Source of the DNA: the human T2T-CHM13v2.0 reference genome, Homo sapiens
Assembly (NCBI RefSeq): GCF_009914755.1
Contig: NC_060948.1
Direction: 5' to 3' (one strand)
Length of the DNA stretch: 64,000 bases
A program made the position numbers and the translations under genes. This document shows, piece by piece, positions 28,456-42,605 of the stretch (within the stretch, counting starts at the first letter, position 1; every line of letters begins with the position of its first letter). The notes beneath the pieces are model-generated. The model was not told the DNA's origin. It made no database searches and worked only from the letters and a program-made list of their open reading frames with translations.

Positions 28456-31400
28456 CAAATTGAATAGCACGGAATTGAATTGAATGGAATGGAATGCAAT
28501 GGAATCTAATGAAACGGAAAGGAAAGGAATGGAATGGAATGGAATGGGCTGGAATGGAAAGGAATCGAAACGAATGGAATGGAATCGAACTGAAGAGACT
28601 GGAATGGAATGCACTGGAATGGAAGGGAGTGTAATGGAAGGTTCTCGAAAAAAATGGAATGGAATGGAATGGAATTGAATGGAACGGAATAGAGTCGAAT
28701 GGAATTGAATGGAATGGAATGGACTAGAGTGAAATGGAATCGAACCACAAGGAATGGACAGGAATAGAATGGTCTCGAATTGAATGGAATCGTATGGAAT
28801 GGCATCAAACGGAATGGAATGGACAACCACGGAATGGAATGCACTCGAATGCAATGGAGTCGAAACTAATGGACTGGAATAGAATGGACTCGACTGGTAC
28901 GGACTCCAATGGAATGGAATCGAATGGAAGGGAATCGAACGGAATGGACTCGAAGGGAAAAGACTGCAATGGAAAGGTCTCGAATGGAATGGAAATTAAT
29001 GGAATGGAATGGAATCGAATGAAATGGAGTCAAAAGGAATGGAATCGAATGGCAAGAAATCGAATGTAATGGAATCGCAAGGAATTGATGTGAACGGAAC
29101 GGAATGGAATGGAATCCAAAGGAATGGAACAGAATGGAATGGAATCGAATGGAAAGGACTCGAATGGAAATCACTCGAATAGAATGCAATTTAATAAAAT
29201 AGGATCAAATGTAATGGAATGGAATGGAAAGGAATCGAAACGAAAGGAATGGAGACAGATGGAATGGAATGGAACAGAGAGCAATGGTATAGAATGGAAT
29301 GGAATCATCTGGAATGGAATTGAATGGAATGGAATAATATGAAATGGAATGGAATGGAATGGAATGGAATGCCCTTGAATTAAATGGACTGGAATGGAAT
29401 GGACTCGAACAGAGTGGAATGGAAAGTGTTGAGATAGAATGGAATGGACTCCTTTGGAATGGTGTAGTATGCAATGCAATCGACTGGCAGGGAATCAAAA
29501 GGAATGTAATGGAATGGATTGGACTGGAATGCAATGGACTCGAATAGATTGGAAACGGAATGCAAAGGAATGGAATGGAATAGTATGGAATGGAATGGAA
29601 AGGAATGGAGTGGAATAGACTAGAGTGGAATGGAATGGACTGGAAAGCAATGGACTGGAATGGAACTTTCTTGAATGGACTGGAATCAAACGGAATAGAA
29701 TGCAATGCAATCAAATGGCATGGAATAAAATAGAATGAAAGAGAATCAAATGGAATTGAATCGAATGGAATCGAATGGATTGGAAAGGAATAGAATGGAA
29801 TGGAATGGAATTGACTCAAATGGAATGGACTAGAATGGAATGGATTCGAATGGAAGGCAAAGGAATGGAATCTATTGGAATGGACTGTAATGGAATGGAA
29901 TGGAAGGGATTGGAATGGACTCGAATGGAATGGACTGCAATAGAAAGGATTCGAATGGAATGAAAAAGAATTGAATGGAATAGAACAGAATGGAATCAAA
30001 TCGAATGAAATGGAATGGAATAGAAAGGAATGGAATGAAATGGAATGGAAAGGATTCGAATGGAATGCAATCGAATGGAATGGAATCAAACGGAATGGAA
30101 TAAAATGGAAGAAAACTGGCAAGAAATGGAATCGAAATGAATGGAGTGTTATGGAACGGACTCAAAAGGAATTGAATGTAATAGAATGGAGTGGAGTGGA
30201 CTCGAATATAATGGACTGGAATGGAATGAAATCACATGGAATGGGAACGAATGGAATGGAATGGAAAGGAATGGAATCGAATGGAAAGGAATCGAATGGA
30301 AGGGAATGAAATTGAATCAACAGGAATGGAAGGGAATAGAATAGACGGTAATGGAATGGACTCGAATAGAATGGACACGAATGCTCAAATTGAATGGACT
30401 CGAATGGAATGGAAACGAAAGGAATGTCATCGAATGGAATTGAATCGATTGGAATGAAATCGCATAGAATGGAGTGGAATCAAATGGAATTGAATCGAAA
30501 GGAAAGGAAGCGAATGGACTGAAATGAAATGGAATGGAATTGAATGGAAAGTAATGCAATGGAATAGAATGGAACGAAATTTCACGGAATGGAATCAAAC
30601 TGAATGGAATCAAATCAATTGAATCTAATCAAAGGAATGGAAAGGAATTGAATGGAGTAGATTGGACTGGATGGGATTGGAATGAAATGTACTGGAAAGG
30701 ACTCGAATTTCATGAAACGGAATGGAATGAATTGGAACGGAATGGACTCGAATGGAATGGAATGTCATGTAATGGCATCAAATGGAATGGCATCAAATGG
30801 AATGGAATCGAATGCAATGGAATGCTATGGAATGGAATGGAATGCATTGGAATGGAATGTCCTCTAATGGAATGGATTCGAGTGGAATGGAATCGAATAT
30901 AATGGAGTCGAATGAAATGGAATTGAAAGGAATGGGATCGAATTCAATGGAATATACTGCAATGTAATGTAATGAACTCGAATGTAATTGACTGGAATGG
31001 AATGTACATGAATGGAATGTAATCGAATGGAAAGTAATCCAATGGAATAGAATCTAATGCAATAAAATCGACTCAGATAGAGTAGAATGTAATGGAATGG
31101 AGTGCAGTGCAATGGAATGGAATGGAATGGAATGCAATGGAATGGAATGGAATGGAATGGAATGGAATGGAACGGAATGGGATGGAATGGTATGGAATGG
31201 ATAGTAATGGACTGGAGTGAAATGGACTGGAAAGGAATGGACTCAAATTGAAAGGGCTCGAAAGGAATGCAGTCAAATGCAATGGTCTGGAATGGAATGA
31301 ACACGAATGTATTGCAATCTAATAGAATGGAATCGAATGGCATGGAATATAAAGAAATGGAATCGAAGAGAATGGAAACAAATGGAATGGAATTGAATGG

Positions 31401-32018
31401 AATGGAATTGAATAGAATGGGAACGAATGGAATGAAATTGTATGCAGTAGAAGAGAATAGAATGGAATGCAAGCGAAAGGAAAGGAATGGATTTGAATGG
31501 AATGGAATTCATTGGAATGCAATGGAATGTAGTGTAATGGACAGGCCTGGAATAAAGTGGAATGCTACGGTCTCGAATGGAATAAAAATGTATGGAATGG
31601 AATGCAATGAAACGGAATCGAATGTCATAGAATGTAATGGAATGCAAAAAAATGGAATCCAAAATCATTGACTGGAAAGGCTGGGTGTCGAAAGGAATTG
31701 ACTCCAATGTAATGGAATCAAATGGAATGGAAGTGAATAGAATCGAACTAAATCGAATGGAATGGAATTGATAGGAACGGAATGGAAAGGAATGCAATGA
31801 TTTGGCATGGAATGGAATCGAATGGCATCGAATGGAATGGAATGGAATGCAATGGAATGGAATGTATTAGAATGTAATGAACTTTAATGGAATGTACTCG
31901 AATGGATTCGACTGGAATGGAATGTTCTGGAAGTGAATGGACTCCAATGGAATGGATTCCAAAGGAATGGAATCGTACGGAATGGAATCTAATGGAATGG
32001 AATTAAATGGAAATGAAT
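28456..32018 (+). repeat. HOR unit 9 (3563 bp), 1-bp-deletion / extra-EcoRI variant
   Basis: Landmark spacing; extra GAATTC at 30940-30945. Confidence 0.9.
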
Positions 32019-35000
32019 CAAATTGAATAGCACGGAATTGAATTGAATGGAATGGAATGCAATGGAATCTAATGAAACGGAAAGGAAAGGAATGGAATGG
32101 AATGGAATGGGCTGGAATGGAAAGGAATCGAAACGAATGGAATGGAATCGAACTGAAGAGACTGGAATGGAATGCACTGGAATGGAAGGGAGTGTAATGG
32201 AAGGTTCTCGAAAAAAATGGAATGGAATGGAATGGAATTGAATGGAACGGAATAGAGTCGAATGGAATTGAATGGAATGGAATGGACTAGAGTGAAATGG
32301 AATCGAACCACAAGGAATGGACAGGAATAGAATGGTCTCGAATTGAATGGAATCGTATGGAATGGCATCAAACGGAATGGAATGGACAGCCACGGAATGG
32401 AATGCACTCGAATGCAATGGAGTCGAAACTAATGGACTGGAATAGAATGGACTCGACTGGTACGGACTCCAATGGAATGGAATCGAATGGAAGGGAATCG
32501 AACGGAATGGACTCGAAGGGAAAAGACTGCAATGGAAAGGTCTCGAATGGAATGGAAATTAATGGAATGGAATGGAATCGAATGAAATGGAGTCAAAAGG
32601 AATGGAATCGAATGGCAAGAAATCGAATGTAATGGAATCGCAAGGAATTGATGTGAACGGAACGGAATGGAATGGAATCCAAAGGAATGGAACAGAATGG
32701 AATGGAATCGAATGGAAAGGACTCGAATGGAAATCACTCGAATAGAATGCAATTTAATAAAATAGGATCAAATGTAATGGAATGGAATGGAAAGGAATCG
32801 AAACGAAAGGAATGGAGACAGATGGAATGGAATGGAACAGAGAGCAATGGTATAGAATGGAATGGAATCATCTGGAATGGAATTGAATGGAATGGAATAA
32901 TATGAAATGGAATGGAATGGAATGGAATGGAATGCCCTTGAATTAAATGGACTGGAATGGAATGGACTCGAACAGAGTGGAATGGAAAGTGTTGAGATAG
33001 AATGGAATGGACTCCTTTGGAATGGTGTAGTATGCAATGCAATCGACTGGCAGGGAATCAAAAGGAATGTAATGGAATGGATTGGACTGGAATGCAATGG
33101 ACTCGAATAGATTGGAAACGGAATGCAAAGGAATGGAATGGAATAGTATGGAATGGAATGGAAAGGAATGGAGTGGAATAGACTAGAGTGGAATGGAATG
33201 GACTGGAAAGCAATGGACTGGAATGGAACTTTCTTGAATGGACTGGAATCAAACGGAATGGAATGCAATGCAATCAAATGGCATGGAATAAAATAGAATG
33301 AAAGAGAATCAAATGGAATTGAATCGAATGGAATCGAATGGATTGGAAAGGAATAGAATGGAATGGAATGGAATTGACTCAAATGGAATGGACTAGAATG
33401 GAATGGATTCGAATGGAAGGCAAAGGAATGGAATCTATTGGAATGGACTGTAATGGAATGGAATGGAAGGGATTGGAATGGACTCGAATGGAATGGACTG
33501 CAATAGAAAGGATTCGAATGGAATGAAAAAGAATTGAATGGAATAGAACAGAATGGAATCAAATCGAATGAAATGGAATGGAATAGAAAGGAATGGAATG
33601 AAATGGAATGGAAAGGATTCGAATGGAATGCAATCGAATGGAATGGAATCGAACGGAATGGAATAAAATGGAAGAAAACAGGCAAGAAATGGAATCGAAA
33701 GGAATGGAGTGTTATGGAACGGACTCAAAAGGAATTGAATGTAATAGAATGGAGTGGAGTGGACTCGAATATAATGGACTGGAATGGAATGAAATCACAT
33801 GGAATGGGAACGAATGGAATGGAATGGAAAGGAATGGAATCGAATGGAAAGGAATCGAATGGAAGGGAATGAAATTGAATCAACAGGAATGGAAGGGAAT
33901 AGAATAGACGGTAATGGAATGGACTCGAATAGAATGGACACGAATGCTCAAATTGAATGGCCTCGAATGGAATGGAAACGAAAGGAATGTCATCGAATGG
34001 AATTGAATCGATTGGAATGAAATCGCATAGAATGGAGTGGAATCAAATGGAATTGAATCGAAAGGAAAGGAAGCGAATGGACTGAAATGAAATGGAATGG
34101 AATTGAATGGAAAGTAATGCAATGGAATAGAATGGAACGAAATTTCACGGAATGGAATCAAACTGAATGGAATCAAATCAATGGAATCAAATCAAATGGA
34201 ATGGAAAGGAATTGAATGGAGTAGATTGGATTGGATGGGATTGGAATGAAATGTACTGGAAAGGACTCGAATTTCATGAAACGGAATGGAATGAATTGGA
34301 ACGGAATGGACTCGAATGGAATGGAATGTCATGGAATGGCATCAAATGGAATGGCGTCAAATGGAATGGAATCGAATGCAATGGAATGCTATGGAATGGA
34401 ATGGAATGCATTGGAATGGAATGTCCTCTAATGGAATGGATTCGAGTGGAATGGAATCGAATATAATGGAGTCGAATGAAATGGAATTGAAAGGAATGGG
34501 ATCGAATACAATGGAATATATTGGAATGTAATGTAATGAACTCGAATGTAATTGACTGGAATGGAATGTACATGAATGGAATGTAATCGAATGGAAAGTA
34601 ATCCAATGGAATAGAATCTAATGCAATAAAATCGACTCAGATAGAGTAGAATGTAATGGAATGGAGTGCAGTGCAATGCAATGGAATGGAATGGAATGCA
34701 ATGGAATGGAATGGAATGGAATGGAATGGAATGGAATGGGATGGAATGGTATGGAATGGATAGTAGTGGACTGGAGTGAAATGGACTGGAAAGGAATGGA
34801 CTCAAATTGAAAGGGCTCGAAAGGAATGGAGTCAAATGGAATGGTCTGGAATGGAATGAACACGAATGTAATGCAATCCAATAGAATGGAATCGAATGGC
34901 ATGGAATATAAAGAAATGGAATCGAAGAGAATGGAAACAAATGGAATGGAATTGAATGGAATGGAATTGAATGGAATGGGAACGAATGGAGTGAAATTGT

Positions 35001-35577
35001 ATGCAGTAGAAGGGAATAGAATGGAATGCAAGCGAAAGGAAAGGAATGGATTGGAATGGAATGGAATTCATTGGAATGGAAGGGAATGTAGTGTAATGGA
35101 CAGGCCTGGAATAAAGTGGAATGCTACGGTCTCGAATGGAATAAAAATGTATGGAATGGAATGCAATGAAACGGAATCGAATGTCATAGAATGTAATGGA
35201 ATGCAAAAAAATGGAATCCAAAATCATTGACTGGAAAGTCTGGGTGTCGAAAGGAATTGACTCCAATGGAATGGAATCGAATGGAGTGGAAGTGAATAGA
35301 ATCGAACTAAATCGAATGGAATGGAATTGATAGGAACGGAATGGAAAGGAATGCAATGATTTGGCACGGAATGGAATCGAATGGCATCGAATGGAATGGA
35401 ATGGAATGCAATGGAATGGAACGTATTAGAATGTAATGAACTTTAATGGAATGTACTCGAATGGATTCGACTGGAATGGAATGTTCTGGAAGTGAATGGA
35501 CTCCAATGGAATGGATTCAAAAGGAATGGAATCGTACGGAATGGAATCTAATGGAATGGAATTAAATGGAAATGAAT
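32019..35577 (+). repeat. HOR unit 10 (3559 bp)
   Basis: Landmark spacing; private GGCC at 33959-33962. Confidence 0.9.
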
Positions 35578-38500
35578 CAAATTGAATAGCACGGAATTGA
35601 ATTGAATGGAATGGAATGCAATGGAATCTAATGAAACGGAAAGGAAAGGAATGGAATGGAATGGAATGGGCTGGAATGGAAAGGAATCGAAACGAATGGA
35701 ATGGAATCGAACTGAAGAGACTGGAATGGAATGCACTGGAATGGAAGGGAGTGTAATGGAAGGTTCTCGAAAAAAATGGAATCGAATGGAATGGAATTGA
35801 ATGGAACGGAATAGAGTCGAATGGAATTGAATGGAATGGAATGGACTAGAGTGAAATGGAATCGAACCACAAGGAATGGACAGGAATAGAATGGTCTCGA
35901 ATTGAATGGAATCGTATGGAATGGCATCAAACGGAATGGAATGGACAGCCACGGAATGGAATGCACTCGAATGCAATGGAGTCGAAACTAATGGACTGGA
36001 ATAGAATGGACTCGACTGGTACGGACTCCAATGGAATGGAATCGAATGGAAGGGAATCGAACGGAATGGACTCGAAGGGAAAAGACTGCAATGGAAAGGT
36101 CTCGAATGGAATGGAAATAAATGGAATGGAATGGAATCGAATGAAATGGAGTCAAAAGGAATGGAATCGAATGGCAAGAAATCGAATGTAATGGAATCGC
36201 AAGGAATTGATGTGAACGGAACGGAATGGAATGGAATCCAAAGGAATGGAATAGAATGGAATGGAATCGAATGGAAAGGACTCGAATGGAAATCACTCGA
36301 ATAGAATGCAATTTAATAAAATAGGACCAAATGTAATGGAATGGAATGGAAAGGAATCGAAACGGAAGGAATGGAGACAGATGGAATGGAATGGAACAGA
36401 GAGCAATGGTATAGAATGGAATGGAATCATCTGGAATGGAATGGAATGGAATGGAATGAAATGCCCTTGAATTAAATGGACTGGAATGGAATGAACTCGA
36501 ACAGAGTGGAATGGAAAGTGTTGAGATAGAATGGAATGGACTCTTTTGGAATGGTCTAGTATGCAATGCAATCGACTGGCAGGGAATCAAAAGGAATGTA
36601 ATCGAATGGATTGGACTGGAATGCAATGGACTTGAATAGATTGCAAACGGGATGCAAAGTAATGGAATGGAATAGTATGGAATGGAATGGAAAGGAATGG
36701 AGTGGAATAGACTAGAGTGGAATGGAATGGACTGGAAAGAAATGGACTGGAATGGAACTTTCTTGAATGGACTGGAATCAAACGGAATGGAATGCAATGC
36801 AATCAAATGGCATGGAATAAAATAGAATGAAAGAGAATCAAATGGAATTGAATCGAATGGAATCGAATGGATTGGAAAGGAATAGAATGGAATGGAATGG
36901 AATTGACTCAAATGGAATGGACTAGAATGGAATGGATTCGAATGGAAGGCAAAGGAATGGAATCTATTGGAATGGACTGTAATGGAATGAAATGGAAGGG
37001 ATTGGAATGGACTCGAATGGAATGGACTGCAATAGAAAGGATTCGAATGGAATGAAAAAGAATTGAATGGAATAGAACAGAATGGAATCAAATCGAATGA
37101 AATGGAATGGAATAGAAAGGAATGGAATGAAATGGAATGGAAAGGATTCGAATGGAATGCAATCCAATAGAATGGAATCGAACGGAATGGAATAAAATGG
37201 AAGAAAACTGGCAAGAAATGGAATCGAAATGAATGGAGTGTTATGGAACGGACTCAAAAGGAATTGAATGTAATAGAATGGAGTGGAGTGGACTCGAATA
37301 TAATGGACTGGAATGGAATGAAATCACACGGAATGGGAACGAATGGAATGGAATGGAAAGGAATGGAATCGAATGGAAAGGAATCGAATGGAAGGGAATG
37401 AAATTGAATCAACAGGAATGGAAGGGAATAGAATAGACGGTAATGGAATGGACTCGAATAGAATGGACACGAATGCTCAAATTGAATGGACTTGAATGGA
37501 ATGGAAACGAAAGGAATGTCATCGAATGGAATTGAATCGATTGGAATGAAATCGCATAGAATGGAGTGGAATCAAATGGAATTGAATCGAAAGGAAAGGA
37601 AGCGAATGGACTGAAATGAAATGGAATGGAATTGAATGGAAAGTAATGCAATGGAATAGAATGGAACGAAATTTCACGGAATGGAATCAAACTGAATGGA
37701 ATCAAATCAATAGAATCAAATCAAATGGAATGGAAAGGAATTGAATGGAGTAGATTGGATTGGATGGGATTGGAATGAAATGTACTGGAAAGGACTCGAA
37801 TTTCATGAAACGGAATGGAATGAATTGGAACGGAATGGACTCGAATGGAATGGAATGTCATGTAATGGCATCAAATGGAATGGCATCAAATGGAATGGAA
37901 TCGAATGCAATGGAATGCTATGGAATGGAATGGAATGCATTGGAATGGAATGTCCTCTAATGGAATGGATTCGAGTGGAATGGAATCGAATATAATGGAG
38001 TCGAATGAAATGGAATTGAAAAGAATGGGATCGAATACAATGGAATATACTGGAATGTAATGTAATGAACTCGAATGTAATTGACTGGAATGGAATGTAC
38101 ATGAATGGAATGTAATCGAATGGAAAGTAATCCAATGGAATAGAATCTAATGCAATAAAATCGACTCAGATAGAGTAGAATGTAATGGAATGGAGTGCAG
38201 TGCAATGGAATGGAATGGAATGCAATGGAATGGAATGGAATGGAATGGGATGGAATGGCATGGAATGGATAGTAATGGACTGGAAAGGAATGGACTCAAA
38301 TTGAAAGGGCTCGAAAGGAATGGAGACAAATGGAATGGTCTGGAATGGAATGAACACGAATGTAATGCAATCCAATAGAATGGAGTCGAATGGCAGGGAA
38401 TATAAAGAAATGGAATCGAAGAGAATCGAAGCAAATGGAATGGAATTGAATGGAATGGAATTGAATGGAATGGGAACGAATGGAGTGAAATTGTATGCAG

Positions 38501-39071
38501 TAGAAGAGAATAGAATGGAATGCAAGCGAAAGGAAAGGAATGGATTGGAATGGAATGGAATTCATTGGAATGGAAGGGAATGTAGTGTAATGGACAGGCC
38601 TGGAATAAAGTGGAATGCTACGGTCTTGAATGGAATAAAAATGTATGGAATGGAATGCAATGAAACGGAATCGAATGTCATAGAATGTAATGCAATGCAA
38701 AAAAATGGAATCCAAAATCATTGACTGGAAAGTCTGGGTGTCGAAAGGAATTGACTCCAATGGAGTGGAATCGAATGGAATGGAAGTGAATAGAATCAAA
38801 CTAAATCGAATGGAATGGAATTGATAGGAACGGAATGGAAAGGAATGCAATGATTTGGCATGGAATGGAATCGAATGTCTTCAAATGGAATGGAATGGAA
38901 TGCAATGGAATGGAATGTATTAGAATGTAATGAACTTTAATGGAATATACTCGAATGGATTCGACTGGAATGGAATGTTCTGGAAGTGAATGGACTCCAA
39001 TGGAATGGATTCAAAAGGAATGGAATCGTACGCAATGGAATCTAATGGAATGGAATTAAATGGAAATGAAT
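35578..39071 (+). repeat. HOR unit 11 (3494 bp), diverged and shortest
   Basis: Landmark spacing; ~30-bp deletion at ~36440, 15-bp deletion at ~38280, many private substitutions. Confidence 0.88.
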
Positions 39072-42000
39072 CAAATTGAATAGCACGGAATTGAATTGAA
39101 TGGAATGGAATGCAATGGAATCTAATGAAACGGAAAGGAAAGGAATGCAATGGAATGGAATGGGCTGGAATGGAAAGGAATCGAAACGAATGGAATGGAA
39201 TCGAACTGAAGAGACTGGAATGGAAAGCACTGGAATGGAAGGGAGTGTAATGTAAGGTTCTCGAAAAAAATGGAATCGAATGGAATGCAATTGAATGGAA
39301 CGGAATAGAGTCGAATGCAATTGAATGGAATGGAATGGACTAGAGTGAAATGGAATCGAACCACAAGGAATGGACAGGAATAGAATGGTCTCGAATTGAA
39401 TGGAATCGTATGGAATGGCATCAAACGGAATGGAATGGACAGCCACGGAATGGAATGGACAGCCACGGAATGGAATGCACTCGAATGCAATGGAGTCGAC
39501 ACTAATGGACTGGAATAGAATGGACTCGACTGGTACGGACTCCAATGGAATGGAATCGAATGGAAGGGAATCGAACGGAATGGACTCGAAGGGAAAAGAC
39601 TGCAATGGAAAGGTCTCGAATGGAATGGAAATTAATGGAATGGAATGGAATCGAATGAAATGGAGGCAAAAGGAATGGAATCGAATGGCAAGAAATCGAA
39701 TGTAATGGAATCGCAAGGAATTGATGTGAACGGAACGGAATGGAATGGAATCCAAAGGAATGGAATAGAATGGAATGGAATCGAATGGAAAGGACTCGAA
39801 TGGAAATCACTCGAATAGAATGCAATTTAATAAAATAGGATCAAATGTAATGGAATGGAATGGAAAGGAATCGAATCGAAAGGAATGGAGACAGATGGAA
39901 TGGAATGGAACAGACAGCAATGGTATAGAATGGAATGGAATCATCTGGAATGGAATTGAATGGAATGGAATAATATGAAATGGAATGGAATTGAATGGAA
40001 TGGAATGCCCTTGAATTAAATGGACTGGAATGGAATGGACTCGAACAGAGTGGAATGGAAAGTGTTGAAATAGAATGGAATGGACTCGTTTGGAATGGTC
40101 TAGTATGCAATGCAATCGACTGGCAGGGAATCAAAAGGAATGTAATGGAATGGATTGGACTGGAATGCAATGGACTCGAATAGATTGGAAACGGAATACA
40201 AAGGAATGGAATGGAATAGTATGGAATGGAATGGAAAGGAATGGAGTGGAATAGACTATAGTGGAACGGAATGGACTGGAAAGCAATGGACTGGAATGGA
40301 ACTTTCTTGAATGGACTGGAATCAAACGGAATGGAATGCAATGCAATCAAATGGCATGGAATAAAATAGAATGAAAGAGAATCAAATGGAATTGAATCGA
40401 ATGGAATAGAATGGATTGGAAAGGAATAGAATGGAATGGAATGGAATTGACTCAAATGGAATGGACTAGAATGGAATGGATTCGAATGGAAGGCAAAGGA
40501 ATGGAATCTATTGGAATGGACTGTAATGGAATGGAATGGAAGGGATTGGAATGTACTCGAATGGAATGGACTGCAATAGAAAGGATTCGAATGGAATGAA
40601 AAAGAATTGAATGGAATAGAACAGAATGGAATCAAATCGAATGAAATGGAATGGAATAGAAAGGAATGGAATGAAATGGAATGGAAAGGATTCGAATGGA
40701 ATGCAATCGAATGGAATGGAATCGAACGGAATGGAATAAAATGGAAGAAAACTGGCAAGAAATGGAGTCGAAATGAATGGAGTGTTATGGAACGGACTCA
40801 AAAGGAATTGAATGTAATAGAATGGAGTGGAGTGGACTCGAATATAATGGACTGGAATGGAATGAAATCACATGGAATGGGAACGAATGGAATGGAATGG
40901 AAATGAATGGAATCGAATGGAAAGGAATCGAATGGAAGGGAATGAAATTGAATCAACAGGAATGGAAGGGAGTAGAATAGACGGTAATGGAATGGACTCG
41001 AATAGAATGGACACGAATGCTCAAATTGAATGGACTCGAATGGAATGGAAACGAAAGGAATGTCATCGAATGGAATTGAATCGATTGGAATGAAATCACA
41101 TAGAATGGAGTGGAATCAAATGGAATTGAATCGAAAGGAAAGGAAGCGAATGGACTGAAATGAAATGGAATGGAATTGAATGGAAATTAATGCAATGGAA
41201 TAGAATGGAACGAAATTTCACGGAATGGAATCAAACTGAATGGAATCAAATCAATGGAATATAATCAAATGGAATGGAAAGGAATTGAATGGAGTAGATT
41301 GGATTGGATGGGATTGGAATGAAATGTACTGGAAAGGACTCGAATTTCATGAAACGGAATGGAATGAATTGGAACGGAATGGACCTGAATGGAATGGAAT
41401 GTCATGGAATGGCATCAAATGGAATGGAATCGAATGCGATGGAATGCTATGGAATGGAATGGAATGCATTGGAATGGAATGTCCTCTAATGGAATGTATT
41501 CGAGTGGAATGGAATCGAATATAATGGAGTCTAATGAAAGGGAATTGAAAGGAATGGGACCGAATACAATGGAATATACTGGAATGTAATGTAATGAACT
41601 CGAATGTAATTGACTGGAATGGAATGTACATGAATGGAATGTAATCGAATGGAAAGCAATCGAATGGAATAGAATCTAATGCAATAAAATGGACTCAAAT
41701 AGAGTAGAATGTAATGGAATGGAGTGCAGTGCAATGGAATGGAATGGAATGGAATGCAATGGAATGGAATGGAATGGAATGGGATGGAATGGTATGGAAT
41801 GGATAGTAATGGACTGGAGTGAAATGGACTGGAAAAGAATGGACTCAAATTGAAAGGGCTCGAAAGGAATGGAGTCAAATGGAATGGTCTGGAATGGAAT
41901 GAACATGAATGTAATGCAATCCAATAGAATGGAATCGAATGGCATGGAATATAAAGAAATGGAATCGAAGAGAATGGAAACAAATGGAATGGAATTGAAT

Positions 42001-42605
42001 GGAATGGAATTGAATGGAATGGGAACGAATGGAGTGAAATTGTATGCAGTAGAAGAGAATAGAATGGAATGCAAGCGAAAGGAAAGGAATGGATTGGAAT
42101 GGAATGGAATTCATTGGAATGGAAGGGAATGTAGTGTAATGGACAGGCCTGGAATAAAGTGGAATGCTACGGTCTCGAATGGAATAAAAATGTATGGAAT
42201 GGAATGCAATGAAACGGAATCGAATGTCATAGAATGTAATGGAATGCAAAAAAATGGAATCCAAAATCATTGACTGGAAAGGCTGGGTGTCGAAAGGAAT
42301 TGACTCCAATGGAATGGAATCGAATGGAATGGAAGTGAATAGAATCGAACGAAATCGAATGGAATGGAATTGATAGGAACGGAATGGAAAGGAATGCAAT
42401 GATTTGGCATGGAATGGAATCGAATGGCATCGAATGGAATGGAATGGAATGCAATGGAATGGAATGTATTAGAATGTAATGAACTTTAATGGAATGTACT
42501 CGAATGGATTCGACTGGAATGGAATGTTCTCGAAGTGAATGGACTCCAATGGAATGGATTCGAAAGGAATGGAGTCTAATGGAATGGAATTAAATGGAAA
42601 TGAAT
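39072..42605 (+). repeat. HOR unit 12 (3534 bp), diverged
   Basis: Landmark spacing; 20-bp tandem duplication 39427-39466; GTCGAC at 39495-39500. Confidence 0.88.
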
